Of a DNA stretch of 64,000 bases, positions 1-14,900 are shown piece after piece. Below the pieces are notes generated by a model. It was not told where the DNA came from, searched no databases, and was given only the letters and a program-made list of their open reading frames with translations. Both the position numbers and the translations under genes were made by a program. The stretch's first letter is position 1. The number at the start of each line of letters is the position of its first letter. Origin of the DNA: Macrostomum lignano (lineage: Eukaryota); assembly GCA_002269645.1 (NCBI GenBank), contig NIVC01000186.1, positions 310,001 to 374,000 on the forward strand, written 5' to 3'.

Positions 1-766
1 CTGTACATGCTAAGACGTGGCTCTGGCACCACAGCTCACTGACTTTGTGTTAATTAGCATGCACTGTCTGCCTAGTTGGAAAAATAAATATCGTTTACAA
101 TACCCGTACGTACAGCCAGCAGTGATAGGCTTTTATTGCCTCATTGTTAGATTGTTTCCTTTCGAGGTTACTCACTGACTAAGCTGAGCTGTGCTGAGTT
201 CGGCTGTGCTCACACGCTTGGGGCAAAAGCCAATTGATCCGCCAAGGAGACCAGGGAGCAGATCATGGACTGCCAGTTCCTGCTCAACCCCCACCCCTCG
301 GGATTCTACAGTTTGTTTAATTTTGTTAAGCAAACAAGACTTTACTTTCTAAACCTTACTGATTAGTGGTCTCGTTTTTAAATCTGGATAAACTCAATTC
401 ACCTTGACGGGTGAAATGTTTAAAAATATTGCATGCGCTCTCAGTATGATAATAGTACATTTTTGAACATGCAGATTTCAAGGGAAGAGTTTGTCAGTCC
501 AGGTTCTGGTCCCAGGCATTCTTGGCCCCTGCTCAACCAACCGGGCAATAGCGCCCACGCACTGGACAAAAGTTGAGGTTTTTTCTCAAGCCACAACTGA
601 CTGCTTCAAACCAAGAAGTCAGCCACTGTCCGGTCTTCAGTAAAAAATAGAGGCAGAAATTTGATGCAACAGCAGCAGAGCCAGCAACAACGGAAGAGAT
701 GGTACTCAAGCAGCGGAGGAGAAGCGGGTTTTTGTGACAGGTAAACTGAGATTAATTGATGGCTCG

Positions 767-1455
767 TAATGCTGACTAGCTAATGCTGACTGGCTAATGC
801 TGACTAGCTAATACTGACTAGCTAATGCTGACTAGCTAATGCTGACTAGCTAATTCTGACTAGCTAATGAACACTAGCTAATGAACACTAGCTAATGCTG
901 ACTAGCTAATGCTGACTAGCTAATGCTGACTAGCTAATGCTGACTAGCTAATTCTGACTAGCTAATGCTGACTAGCTAATTCTGACTAGCTAATGAACAC
1001 TAGCTAATGCTGACTAGCTAATGCTGACTAGCTAATGCTGACTAGCTAATGCTGACTAGCTAATTCTGACTAGCTAATGAACACTAGCTAATGAAAACTA
1101 GCTAATGCTGACTAGCTAATGCTGACTAGCTAATGCTGACTAGCTAATGCTGACTAGCTAATGCTGACTAGCTAATGCTGAATAGCTAATGAACACTAGC
1201 TAATACTGACTAGCTAATGCTGACTAGCTAGTGCTGACTAGCTAATGCTGACTAGCTAATGAACACTAGCGAATGCTGACTAGCTAATGCTGACTAGCTA
1301 ATGCTGACTGGCTAATGCTGACTAGCTAATACTGACTAGCTAATGAGCACTAGCTAATGCTGCCGAGCTAATGCTGACTAGCTAATACTGACTAGCTAAT
1401 GAACACAAGCTAATGCTGACTAGCTAATGCTGACTAGCTAATGAACACTAGCTAA
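767..1455. repeat. 14-bp minisatellite (GCTGACTAGCTAAT)n, about 49 units
   Basis: Direct reading; variants GAACACTAGCTAAT and TCTGACTAGCTAAT are interspersed. Confidence 0.95.
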
Positions 1456-1726
1456 AGCAGAATTTCCAATCCCGCTAGCACAGAGCTGAGCACAGACAAC
1501 TCGAACTCGCAGGTGCAGTCAGCTGTTCAGCGAACTCTACGAGGCCCTGCTGGATCAGCTCTGCTTCACCTGGACTCGACACCGGCAGCAAGGCAGCCGT
1601 CGGCCGAGACAACGGCGCTACAGCAGCAACTATCCCGGCGAGAACCCGGAAATTTAACAAAATTATAGCTTTGTTTTCATTTAATGGCTGGCCTTTCACA
1701 ATTAGGCCTGGTTTATACGCGTAGCA

Positions 1727-1806
1727 GGGGCGCCAGCATCAGGGCGCCAGCATCAGGGCGCCAGCATCAGGGGCGCCAGCATCAGGGGCGCCAGCATCAG
1801 GGGGCC
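1727..1806. repeat. Short tandem repeat (GGGCGCCAGCATCA[G]) x5
   Basis: Direct reading; 14/15-bp units. Confidence 0.9.
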
Positions 1807-2529
1807 TCCCCTTGCCCCTGCCTGCGCCCTGTAAAGATGACAATTTGCATTGTATGGTTTAGCATTATCTCATTCAACCTCTAACCGCCCTGCAAGTTAA
1901 GCAGAATTGGCGCTGGTTAGTTTTAACCTACATTAAATATGGTCTTACCTTCGGTTAGTCGTACTGTGATAGACATGGGTTTGCTGCGACCCCAACCTTT
2001 AGTGCTAAATTTTAATAGTTTTCTTTCATATGCAATGTTACAAACAATAGCGTTACTGATTTATTTGTTTAAATTGATTGATATTTTCTGTATCGGTACA
2101 CTCAATGAAAAAGTAAGCACAAATATTCTAACAAATAAATTTAATGCAATAGAAAACATTCTGAATGTCCTATACTTGATACTAAGAGTAGAATAGAGCG
2201 AATTTTTTGCTTTTACTTGACTAATTCTTGTCTAATAAGAAAAAAATTATATACAGTTGAATATTGCAATAAATCAATCAATCGATATTGCGCTGAGCTG
2301 AGTGAACTCAACAGCTGCAATAATGAGCTGAGGAAACCCGACTCTGGTCAGCCCCGGCATTTCTTTGTGAGGCCAATCAATGGAATGAAGGCTAACGCTT
2401 GGAATTTGAGATATTCCTATTCTAAGCATCTCATAGGTATTTTAGTAATTGAATTATATTTTATAATAATCCTTATAATCCTGGACAGGCATATTGTATG
2501 TGTTCAAGGAATCGCTAGAGTCTAGATTA

Positions 2530-2800
2530 CAGGGGTTGGCAAACTCATGGTCCGAGGGCCACATGCGCCCCGCTAGGCCTCTCTAACCGGCCCTCGGGTC
2601 CTTTAAAGCCTCACAATAGCAATCCGGCCCGCTCAGGGTCTGTGTCTCTTCTCAGCTCTCTTCTCTCTTCTCCCTCTTCTCTACCGTCTTTTCTCACCCC
2701 TCTCCTCTCTGCTCTCCTCTTCACTTCTCTATCTTCTCACTTATCTATTCTCTCATTCCGCCTCTCCTCTCCTGGCCACGGCTCTGAGAAACACCGCTCT
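2530..2800 (+). mobile_element. Possible hAT-type non-autonomous element with CT-rich interior
   Basis: Begins CAGGGGTTGGCAAACTC...GAGGGCCACATGCGCCCC, resembling hAT MITE left ends, and ends ...GAGAAACACCG. No clean 8-bp TSD found. Confidence 0.4.
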
Positions 2801-3837
2801 GATGGTAAGGGCTTAGGCCATCCCCCCAGTCGGATATCTTTTGCCTGGCTGTTGGGTTCCGGGTTGCGGCCCAGCGCTCTCTCGCGGACCTTAGCCCCCA
2901 TTTGCTTTGCAGCGGACTATATGGGGTACTAATGTACGACCACCGCGTCCCTGCATGATGCTGGAACGCCAACTGAGTTTTGTACAGCTGCTCAACCGGA
3001 CAAAAACCTTGCGTTGAAGTTACTGGACAACAGGATAGTTGAGCCTCACATCTCTAAGAAAGCCGCCTCATCTACCGCTTCTGAGAAGGGTGCCGGCAAC
3101 TCTGCGAATACTGCGGGGTGGGCCGAAACTCGTGCATCGGTTGCTGCCAAGCTTCTAGTGATGCAACTCCCACGGCTACGGAGGGATCCGACAGGTGCCG
3201 ACAGCGTCCGGGTGATGACTGAATGCTTGAGAGACTAGCTGGGGATGTCCAGCAGTTGTGATTTGTCCACTGTCAAGGCTTGATCAGTGAAACTGGAGAA
3301 ATTTTTGCAACAGAGATGTCCATAGTCACCTGGTGCCACCTGTTGAGGGTCCAGAAGCTCCACCTGGATGAAAGCCAGTGACCAACAAAGTCAGAGCTGA
3401 TGCAGACACGTGGTGGTCGACGTGCTGATGAAATTTGGAGGCTTGGCAAGGCTGCAGTGCTGATTGGCGCACAGGGGTTGTACTGAATACACTAACGCGT
3501 ATGGGAAAAATCCGACCTTCTGGCAGAATCGTTGAATATCTCGACGGTCCGAAGGACTGGCAACTTGATTCTTGTTTGAAAAATGGAGTAATAAAAAGTT
3601 TGTCCGTGTTCTTGAATTTCGTGTGACTGCGTTGCTCCGTTCCGGCGCAGCAAAAAAAACAGCTGGACCAAATCTAGGTTGGACTCCCACCTGGTCAAGA
3701 TGGCCCTAAGCGGCACCGTGCTTCAAGTCCTGAAGACCAGGAGGATCAGGCCCTCCACATCCAATCCCGCCGACAGCCAGTCTGGGCAGCAGCTCCTCGA
3801 GATGCTAAAAGCCTTCGACTGGGGTTGCGGAGTTGGG

Positions 3838-5790
<1,953 letters not shown>

Positions 5791-6021
5791 CCAACGACGA
5801 CAACGACAAAGGAGTTGGGTAACCTGATCATCTGCAGGGAGGATGAGGGATTACGGACGCTTCGTCACCGGGCCTGGATTCCGGCTCGAAGCGCCATCAC
5901 TAACTTGAGCTGCGCCGCTCGATCAAAAGCCATGACAAAAAGGAAAATCACTCGCCGCTACGCTTTTCAAAACCTATGACAGAATGATGCAAAATCTTAA
6001 TAATAAAATTTCTGCGACAAG

Positions 6022-6262
6022 CATCAAATCTTAATAAATGTGTCCGAGACAGACATCAAATCTTAATAAATGTGTCCTATGAAAGACATAAAATCTCAAT
6101 AAGTGTGTCCGAGACAGACATCAAATCTTAAAAGGTGTGTCCGAGACAGGTATCAAATCTGAATAAAGGTGTCCGAGACGGACATCAAATCTTAAAAAGT
6201 GTGTCCGAGACAGGTATAAAATCTCAATGTGTCCGAGACAGACATCAAATCTCAATACATGT
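6022..6262. repeat. About 32-bp minisatellite (ATCAAATCTTAATAAATGTGTCCGAGACAGAC)n
   Basis: About 7 imperfect units read directly. Confidence 0.85.
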
Positions 6263-7379
6263 AACTGTGTCCGGGACAGGTAGTTTACAGGTAGATAAGG
6301 ACAGGCAAAATGGATTTGTGCCGCACCCCCGTCCATACGCCGATGGCTTTGAGAGGCTGCAACTCCGTCAATGCTCCTGATTGGCCAGGGGGACCCTTGA
6401 GCTCAAGGAGCTCAAGCTGTAAAACTTTCACCATTGGGCAACACTAGCCAACAGGCAGACAAACAGGCGCTCTCTCAACAGGTTTCTTAACAATTCAAAT
6501 TTGAGCTTCAAGAATCTGATAGTAGCTGGCAGACATTAGCTGCTGTGCGAGTATCTTAACACCTAGGCAATTAAGGTAAGTAATTATTTTGAAATTCCGA
6601 ACGATTTCATTGAGACGGCTTTACAAATAAAACTCTCCATGCACTTCAATATGATGAATATAGTTATTGCAATTTTGTCATTCTTTACCTGAGTGAATAT
6701 TTTCTTTTCTGAGTATTGAATCAGAGCATACTCGTATTTTTTCTGATATGCGTTGACATTGGTATGCGTTCGATATCAAGCACAGAGACCTTGTTTTTCA
6801 ATATTTAGGTTTATTTTTTGCAAAAAATCCCAAGCTAAAGGTAAAGTTCGTATGTGAGCTTCTCCCGCCACTTGACTTTCTAATCGTCAGGCATGTGTAG
6901 CTTCGTACACTTTCTGTGCCATGGAAACTGCTCAAAGGTTTGCCACCGCTCGTTTTTCATCCAAGAAGCGAACGGCGACCCTCGGCAGCCGCTGGACCAC
7001 ATATTCATATTCGAATATTCATTCGCTATTTAATCTATCGTATATAAAACCACAACAGCCTTGACTGTGGAATTGCTGGCTAGGGAAGCAAACAAAGAAA
7101 AGTAGCTCGTAGCTCCAGCGTCTCCGCTGCCCTCGTGCTTCTCTGCATCCCCCGGGCGTCTGAGCCCCATCAGCCCCCCTCCCCCTTCCCTCAACGTAAC
7201 CAACGCACACGGCTCCTTCGTCGCATGCAGCAGCTGGCCGGCCTCCCATGAAACTCCCCGAAAAACTCTCCAAGCCCCCAATCGCCTCAGACCATGAGAA
7301 TCCCGCAGCCCACCTTTCGCTACCAATATCGTCTGGCTTAAGCTGGACAACTGGCGGACTGCGGGGGCAGAGCCAGGCT

Positions 7380-7583
7380 TCAGCCTACTTTACTTTCATT
7401 CCGTAATCCAAACTGATTTGATCGATTCGTTCCTCATCGTGGCCCGAATTTCCATAACCCCGCGCTTAGGCGGTGCGGCCCAGTGTTGCCGAAGAACAGC
7501 CCGCTACTTACAGCAGCCAGATCGGCAACAGGATTTGACAGATTGAACTGCTGTTCTCTTCTCCCTGACAAAGAGAACCTCAG
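7380..7583 (+). other. Candidate shared non-coding first exon of the VAChT/ChAT locus (5' boundary unknown)
   Basis: Donor-like CAG|GTTTGT at 7583/7584. Acceptors exist before VAChT (CAG 8741-8743) and before the ChAT start exon (CAG 11782-11784). Expected by analogy with unc-17/cha-1; not otherwise verifiable. Confidence 0.3.
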
Positions 7584-8303
7584 GTTTGTTTAAAAATCGC
7601 CCCCCAACCGCTGACCAACTGGCGAGGGCGGGAGGAAATTCCGGGAGAAACAATTCCGCTTTTTCCACCCTGTTGAGAAGAGCTCAGGCCCGCGCTTCTT
7701 CACCTTGGTGGACCATCCGCTTTGGGTGGGCATGCAGGGGGCAGGGATGAAGAATGAGCATCTCAGCTCCCTTCCTCGCTTCCTCTGTCCCACCCTCGCC
7801 TTTTCCTCCTCATTTTTCTCCTATTCTTCTTTTGCATAGAGAGAGGGGGGATGCGGGAGCAGGGCGGGGGCTACAAAGCAAAAAACAGCGAGAATTCTTT
7901 AGGCAAACAGCAGACGCTCTTCGCCTGCCGTCCTTCGCGCGCTCAGTTCTCTCGCCAGCCTCTCCAGCCCCTTCGCCTAAATAGCTCACCGCCCTGCTTC
8001 ACTCAACAGCCCGGCCCCCTCTTCTCAAGGCTTATAATAGGCCCTATTGATTTGCTAAGTTGCATTTCCTCTGGGGGGGGGGGTGGGACACGATACCTGC
8101 TTCCACCTTGCTTTTGTCAAGTACTCTGTCGTCATCCACCCCAGTCCCCTAGCAAGCAGGCCTGCATATTCACACCGTGCCGTCTGCATTGGATCCAAAT
8201 TGTACCACCGCTCCCTCCTCCCACCAAACCTGCAGCGGGCCTGAGACAGAGGGGCACGTGAGCTGCCGAAGAAAGAAAGTGTAGATTGGATGGCCTGGCA
8301 GGC

Positions 8304-8360
8304 AGACTTGAGACAGCAATGGGCTTGGCTGAGACTTGAGACAGCAATGGGCTTGGCTGA
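8304..8360. repeat. Perfect 28-bp direct tandem duplication AGACTTGAGACAGCAATGGGCTTGGCTG
   Basis: Direct reading (8304-8331 and 8332-8359). Confidence 0.9.
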
Positions 8361-8910
8361 GGGGGGGCGTGGCGGGCCAGCCATCTTGGGCTGGAAAATA
8401 ATGAGAAGGGAACATGCAGATTAGTACGTGCGCCCGCAATGCCTTGCCTAGGTCGATGCGTTGTTTGAACCACTTCAGGCTCCTCTTGTGCGCGCGTGTC
8501 TGTGTGACTGACTGTCGGAGTAGGGAGCGGAGCGAGAAACATGGAGATGTCGAGGTCTGTGACAATCTTGATAGCAATAACATTTTATCACTTTCAAATG
8601 ATTCAACTCTGCATCAATCTTTATAAAGTACATGATGTACTTTGCTGACACTCAATGATGCTGCTTAGTCACACATTTCAACCAGAACAAAAGCGATTTC
8701 TTTATTAGTCATTTCAAGCGTTGCTTTATCGATTGTGTTGCAGGCTAAGCGCGCGTCTTGCCGTCTCTCTACTCAGGTGCAGCAAGTTGCGGCCAATCAG
8801 GAATATCAGAGTAACTGGTCCTCTAGCATCCACAGCGCTACTATCTAGACACAGCTAAGCGACAGGATCTTGACACAGGCAATTTCACAGAAGACTTCAA
8901 ACCCAAGACA

Positions 8911-10499
8911 ATGTGGGCCTATATTCAGTCAGTGATCGAGGAGCCGCAGTCGCAGCGGAAGCTGGTCCTCATCATAGTCTGCATCGCGCTGCTACTGGAC
9001 AACATGCTCTACATGGTGATCGTGCCAATCATTCCGCACTACCTGACCAACGTCACTAACGAGCTGCGCAATCGCGAGGGCTACAACGAGACGACAACCA
9101 GCAACTACACAGAGATGCGCAACCACACGCTGTACCATCACTACAACCACACAAGCCACCTCAGGTTTCGCTGGCTGGTGGCGGAGAACGCCGAGCCCAA
9201 GATTGGCTACCTGTTTGCCAGCAAGGCGGCCGTCCAGCTGCTTGTGAACCCCATCAGCGGGACAATCATAGATCGAATGGGCTACGACCGGCCCATGATG
9301 TTCGGCCTCTCCATTATCTGCCTGTCGACCACCGTGTTTGCGTTCGGCAAGTCCTACAATGTGATGTTCCTGGCACGCGGTCTGCAGGGCCTCGGCTCCG
9401 CGTTCGCCGACACCTCCGGCCTGGCAATGATTGCCGACCGGTTCACCGAGGAGGCCGAGCGCACCAAGTCTCTGGGCATCGCGCTGGCCTTCATCTCGTT
9501 CGGCTCGCTGGTCGCGCCCCCGTTCGGCGGCATTCTGTATCAGTACTTCGGCAAGGAGCTGCCCTTCATGGTACTGGCGCTCATCGCTCTCATCGACGGC
9601 TGCCTGATGCTCGTTGTTATGAAACCTGTGCGAGCGGAGCGGCGCACCCAGAAGGCTATCGGAGAGCTGCCGAAGGGGACGCCGTTCCACCGACTGATAC
9701 GCGATCCGTACATCGCCACCTGCGCCGGCGCCCTGGCCATGGCGAACGTCTCGCTGGCCTTCCTGGAGCCAACAATTTCAATCTGGATGCAGAAGCGGCT
9801 GAATTCCAGCAACTCCGAGCAGGGACTTGTCTGGCTGCCCTCGTTCTTTCCCCACGTGCTCGGCGTATACAGCACGGTGTACCTGGCTAGACGCTTCCCC
9901 AAGTATCAGTGGCTGATGGCGGCCATCGGCCTGGCCATGGAGGGCATCTCTTGCCTGTTTGTGCCATTCTGCACCGACTTCGTCTCGCTGATGATCCCGA
10001 TCTGTCTGCTGTGCTACGGCATCGCCTTGATCGACACGGCCCTGCTGCCGACTCTGGCCTACGTGGTTGACCACCGCTACGCGTCCGTGTACGGCTCCGT
10101 GTACGCCATCGCGGACCTGTCCTACAGCCTGGCGTACGCAGTCGGCCCAGTGGTGGCCGGGCAGCTGGTGACCGCCATCGGATTCACCGGGATGAACATC
10201 GTCATCTTTCTTACTAACATTCTGTACTCGCCGGTGCTCATGGTGCTGAGGAATGTCTACAAGTACGAAGGATTCGAGCCGCCGAAGGAAGGCGTCGAGG
10301 CTTTCACTGACGCTGGCGGTGGAGCCAGCGGCGGCGGTCTTGGCGGCGACGTTGGCATTCAAGCCGCGCCGACGCCGCAGTACCGGACCTACATGCTCAA
10401 CGGCGGCGAGGGCGGCGCTGCCAAGCCGCTGGACAGCAAAGCGTTGCCGCCTGATATGAACGCCGGTTTCGTTGCCAACTTCCCGGATGTTCAGCAGCA

Positions 10500-10537
<38 letters not shown>

Positions 10538-10575
10538 AGCAGCCGGGCTGGACGAATCGCGGGCCACTGGAGTGA
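8911..10575 (+). CDS. VAChT: Vesicular acetylcholine transporter (SLC18A3/unc-17 orthologue), single coding exon, 554 aa
   Basis: SLC18 MFS motifs LLLDNMLYMVIVPIIP, FADTSGLAMIADRF, FLEPTI, WLPSFFPHVLG (VAChT-type), LIDTALLP and YGSVYAIADLSYSLAYAVGP. Position directly upstream of ChAT exons. Acceptor TGTGTTGCAG at 8743 with no upstream ATG before 8911. Confidence 0.97.
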
Positions 10576-11088
10576 GGCTGCGCGGAATCGAGGGCCGACA
10601 GTTCCTTGGACAAAGGAATGAAATATTTTTTAAGGTTCATAGCAGTACAGACCATTTGATATGACTTTATCATATTTTTAGTGTTGTCATGCTGCCTATA
10701 GATGTGAACTTTAGCTATTTTGCTTGTCAAAATTGAATTGCGAAATTTAGGTGCGCGTCAAGTCTATTGGTATCTGTTTTAGTCTTGATGGCATCAATAG
10801 CTCTTCTATTCTGTGTTAAATGCTTTGCCGAAGATTAGTCTCTTTTTCTAGCTGTGTCGTCTGTTTTTTATCAACATTTGGGAACTTGTGAACAGCATAA
10901 TAACTCCTGTAAGCTGTTTTATATAGCACTGGCGCACCTGTTCGACTTCTATCCGAGCTGTTTTGAGATGCGCTTCTGTTGTTACTTGATTGCTTAACTC
11001 TTTTTAAATTTGATTTAAGTCTGTAGGACTGGCAAGCGCAGCTAGCGGTCCTTGAACTACTCCTCATTGCATTGAAAATGGTTGTTTG

Positions 11089-11094
11089 AATAAA
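11089..11094 (+). terminator. Probable VAChT polyadenylation signal AATAAA
   Basis: First AATAAA seen after the VAChT stop, about 510 nt downstream and followed by T-rich sequence. Confidence 0.55.
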
Positions 11095-11837
11095 TCGATT
11101 TTCTAGTAAAATTCTTAGAATTCACGTCGCTCTCCTGCACACCTGTTGTTTACTTGTCACGCGCGCACCTGCAGTATCCACCTTACCTTAGCGCTATTGT
11201 GTTTCTTCTTGTTGCTTACTAAAATTCGTGCTCGAGTCTTATTCGTTATTCTATATTTAAGCAAAATGTTTTAGAATTTTAATGTTCTTGATACTGTAGC
11301 TGTTGTTTTATTTTTATTAATTTTTCTTTTGCTTCCTAAAACAAAATCCTCGATAACAAAATTGTTTTCAAAGTAAACAGATGAGCTTGTTCTAATATTT
11401 CGTAAATCTTTCTGATTGACCTATGTACGTACCTTTTGATTCAGTACACCAGATGGAGAGCCGTGAGCTGTATCGATAGCTATTTAAGAATTGCATCGCA
11501 TTGCTCTAGTTTCTTATTTAATACAAATAGCTAAAGCGAATTTTTAGCATCATTTCAAGTTTGGGGCTTAGTTTGTATTTCCCTGAGGAATGAGTTTGCT
11601 GAGCCACAGAAGATCCCAGCCGACTTCCCACATCCATTTGTCCCGCGACCTCTTACCCAGCTGGAGACCAGTCGGTTTCCTTTGTATTCGAAGTTCCCAG
11701 GAGCCTCTAAGGTTTCAGGTTGAATCTGTGTTGTCTTTTAATTTCACTTTCGAACCATTGAAATAGCATTTAATTTCATTCCAGAGCCTTCTTCTTCCCG
11801 TGGTAAACAGAAACAGCAACCAAATCAAATCTGCGGC

Positions 11838-11918
11838 ATGCCATCCGAACAAGTGCGCGAGTTCGTTCGCCGCATCTCATCGAAAGATTCGGACGAATAT
11901 CCCAACTGGGATCCGACG
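11838..11918 (+). CDS. ChAT: ChAT coding exon 1 ([27 protein letters not shown])
   Basis: Acceptor TTTCATTCCAG at 11784, donor ACG|GTGAGC; in frame with RPLPKLP. Not in the ORF track. Confidence 0.7.
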
Positions 11919-14900
11919 GTGAGCACAACTGTAGCTCGTATTGGTGGGATTTGAATTAATCATTTAATATATGTATATATCGCTTGAAGTTTAAGGTCGA
12001 AAGTCAAAACACGTACACTGATCTCACCTGTACATTTGTCCCTACGTGTACATTTATTCCATCTGTGCATTTATCTCACGTGTAAATTGATCCCACCTGT
12101 ACATTGATCCTATTTGTAAATTAATCCCACCTTCCATTTATCCAAACGTGTAAACTTGTTCCACGTGTAAATTTATCCCACCCGTGCATTGATCCCACCT
12201 GTACATTGATCCCCACCAGTACATTGATTCCACTTTTACACTGATTCCACCCGTACATTGATCCCACCTGTCCATTTATCCTACCTGTCCATTTATCCTA
12301 CCTGTACATTTATCCTACCTGTCCATTTATCCTACCTGTACATTTATCCTACCTGTACATGTATCCAAACTGTACATTTATCCCAACCTGTAAATTTATC
12401 CCACCTGTACATTTATCCCACCTGTACATTGATCCCACCTGTACATTTATCCAACCTGTACATTTATCCTACCTGTACATTTATTCCACCTGTGTGGCGG
12501 TCACGCCACACGCGCGTACGCGCTCCAGCAGCCACCCCAACCCCGGCCGGGGAGGCCGGCGCTAGGTGCACGGTCGCTGTGCGTTGATTGGCTGCCCAGT
12601 GTACACCGCTGGCCTATATAACTTTAGACTTTTGTCTCGCGCGCCTCCACCCTGCTACTTCCAAATAAACTTTACGTGGCTCAACTCGCCTCATTGGTGA
12701 GCCCGACTCTCAACCGCCTGTTTGAGAATAACTCCTCAGTATGTCAACTGAGTCTGCGGTAGCCCTCAAGCTGCCCACGTTCTGGGCCAGCCAGCCTCGC
12801 GCCTGGTTCATCCAGGCAGAGGCGCAATTCGTCCTCCGCAACATCACGCAAGACGCTACCAAGTACTTTCACCTCGTAGCCGCGCTGGACCAGCAGTCAG
12901 CCGAGCGCCTGCTGGACGTGCTTGAGACACCGCCGGCTGAGAACAAGTACGATGCTCTCAAGGCCCGCCTCCTCGGCACATTCGGCCTGACGCAGCAACA
13001 GCGTGCCAGCCGGCTGCTCAACCTGGCCGGCCTCGGTGACCGCCGCCCGTCCGAGCTCATGGACGAGATGCTGGCCCTGCTCGGCAACCACCGGCCCTGC
13101 ATGCTCTTTGAGGAGCTTTTCCGCCAGCAGATGCCGGCCGACATTCGCATGGCACTCGTCTCTGCGGATTTCGCTGACCCGCGCGCAGTTGCGCGACTCG
13201 CGGATGAACTCTGGGCGAGCCGGGCACAGCCCGTGGCCACCGCCACCCTGCCGCCAGAGCACCCGCCGGTAGTTGCTGCCACCGCCCGCCCAGCTCGCGC
13301 CAAGCCGCAGCAGCACCAGCCGAGGGAGGCCGACGGCCTCATCTGTTTCTTCCACCGGAAGTTCGGCGCCAAGGCCCGGCGTTGCGATCCGCCCTGCCAG
13401 TTCTCGGGAAACGTTACGGAAAACAAATAAACTTTACGTGGCTCAACTCGCCACACCTGTACATTTATCCCCACATGTAAATTTATCCCACGTGTAAGTT
13501 AATCCCACCTGTACATTTATCCCACCAGAACATTGAAGTCAACGCGTGTACATTTCTCATGCCTGCGTATTCATGGTAGCTTGATGTACTCCAGTGCCGA
13601 CACCAACTTTGTATAGAATGTTCAATCTTGTCTACCTTTATCAACAAACTTTGCGTCAATTTATTAGAACTATTAAATACTTCAACCTGAGAATTCTGTT
13701 CATCAATGCAGAGACCCCTGCCGAAGCTGCCGGTGCCGGAGCTGCACGCCACCCTGGCAACCTACCTGAAGCTGGTCGAACCCGTTGTGTCCGAGGAGCG
13801 CTTTGCCAATACGAAACGAATCGTCCAGGAGTTTCTTCAGCCCGGCGGCGTCGGGGAGAAGCTGCAGAAGCAGCTGGTGGAGACCGCGAAGACCAAGGAG
13901 AACTGGGTAAAAGTCAATGTCAATTGTGACCCTTAGGAGAGCACTGATCATAGTGACACGGCCACTGCAACAGCTCGTTTACGAGGTCAAGATTATCTGT
14001 ACAGAATTTGTACATTTATTAAATACGAGGCGTAAGGCACCCTCTGTACCATAGGAGTTTTGTATATTCGTATTTTTTAATTTGTCTGATAGCCAAAGCA
14101 TTCAGCATGCTCTCGAGAAACTGGTTTTTTCTAGACCGAAGTTGTCTATGGCAGGGGTCTCAAGGGCCTGATAAAGAATCCAGCTCATGGCTGCGGGCCA
14201 AATGAGAGAGAAAAGGAGAGAGAACTGAATATGAGAGATGAGAGATGAGAGATGAGAGGAGAGGCGAGAGACGGAATGAGAGAAGAGATAAGTGAGAAGA
14301 TAGAGAAAAGAAGAAAGAGGAGAGGAGAGAGGAGAGGGGCGAGAGAAAAGGGGAGAGAGGAGAGGCGAGAAAGAAGACGAAAGACGGGAGAGAAGAGAGA
14401 GACAGAGATGATGGGTCGGCAGACTTTTTACCTCAAGGGTCAGATTGAGAACCTAGAGCATGGCTGCAGGCCAGAGGAGGAGAGATAGGAGATGGGCAGA
14501 GGGAAAGAAGATTGTTGAGAGATACAAGAAATAAGAAGGGAGAGGGGAGAGGAGAGAGAGGAGAGAAGAGGAGAGAAAAGAGGAGAGACACAAGCCCTTG
14601 TATAAATTGTATAATTTAACCTTGTAAAAATGCCTAACTAACCATTGAAGGTGAGCGACTGGTGGCTAGACGACATGTACCTGCTGAACCAGCTCCCACT
14701 GCCGGTGAACTCCAATCCAGGACTCGTGTTCCCAAGCACATCGTTCGAGAGCGACAGGGAACAGCTGAGGTGCGTGACAGAGAAACGGAGGAACAGGCGG
14801 AAGGCAGGTGGACGCTAGTTTGAGATGCGTAGGAGGTCTGCATAGACTTTGGAAGTGTTGCAAGACTGCGCGCCCCTTCTCATATCGGATTTCCTTCTAC

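Larger units (their letters stand above)
12020..13530. repeat. 17-bp minisatellite (ATTTATCCCACCTGTAC)n, split by the LTR insertion (about 12020-12492 and 13456-13530)
   Basis: Direct reading; degenerate at its 5' edge. Confidence 0.85.

Noticed and set aside
170-1680. GC-richer exon-like segments at about 170-310, 483-740 (ending CAG|GTAAAC) and 1456-1660
   Set aside because: Stops in the plausible frames and no recognisable protein family. They may be a decayed gene or element continuing from outside the window but cannot be supported.
2950-3835. GC-rich segment with short ORFs beyond the LINE tail
   Set aside because: No recognisable motif; possibly a TE remnant.
8992-10362. Antisense ORFs over VAChT (also over the gag at 12869-13474, ASH2L exons and MVK)
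   Set aside because: Expected shadows of GC3-rich coding sequence; no motifs.
7140-11590. COE/UNC-3-like sites (TCCCCCGGGC near 7149, TCCCTGAGGA 11580-11589), attractive because COE factors regulate cholinergic genes
   Set aside because: Each has a mismatch to TCCCNNGGGA and is expected by chance; needs conservation or binding data.
11590-11718. Upstream ATG that might give ChAT a longer N-terminus
   Set aside because: Neither nearby donor (11711, 11718) joins in frame to the 11785 exon, and read-through hits a stop.
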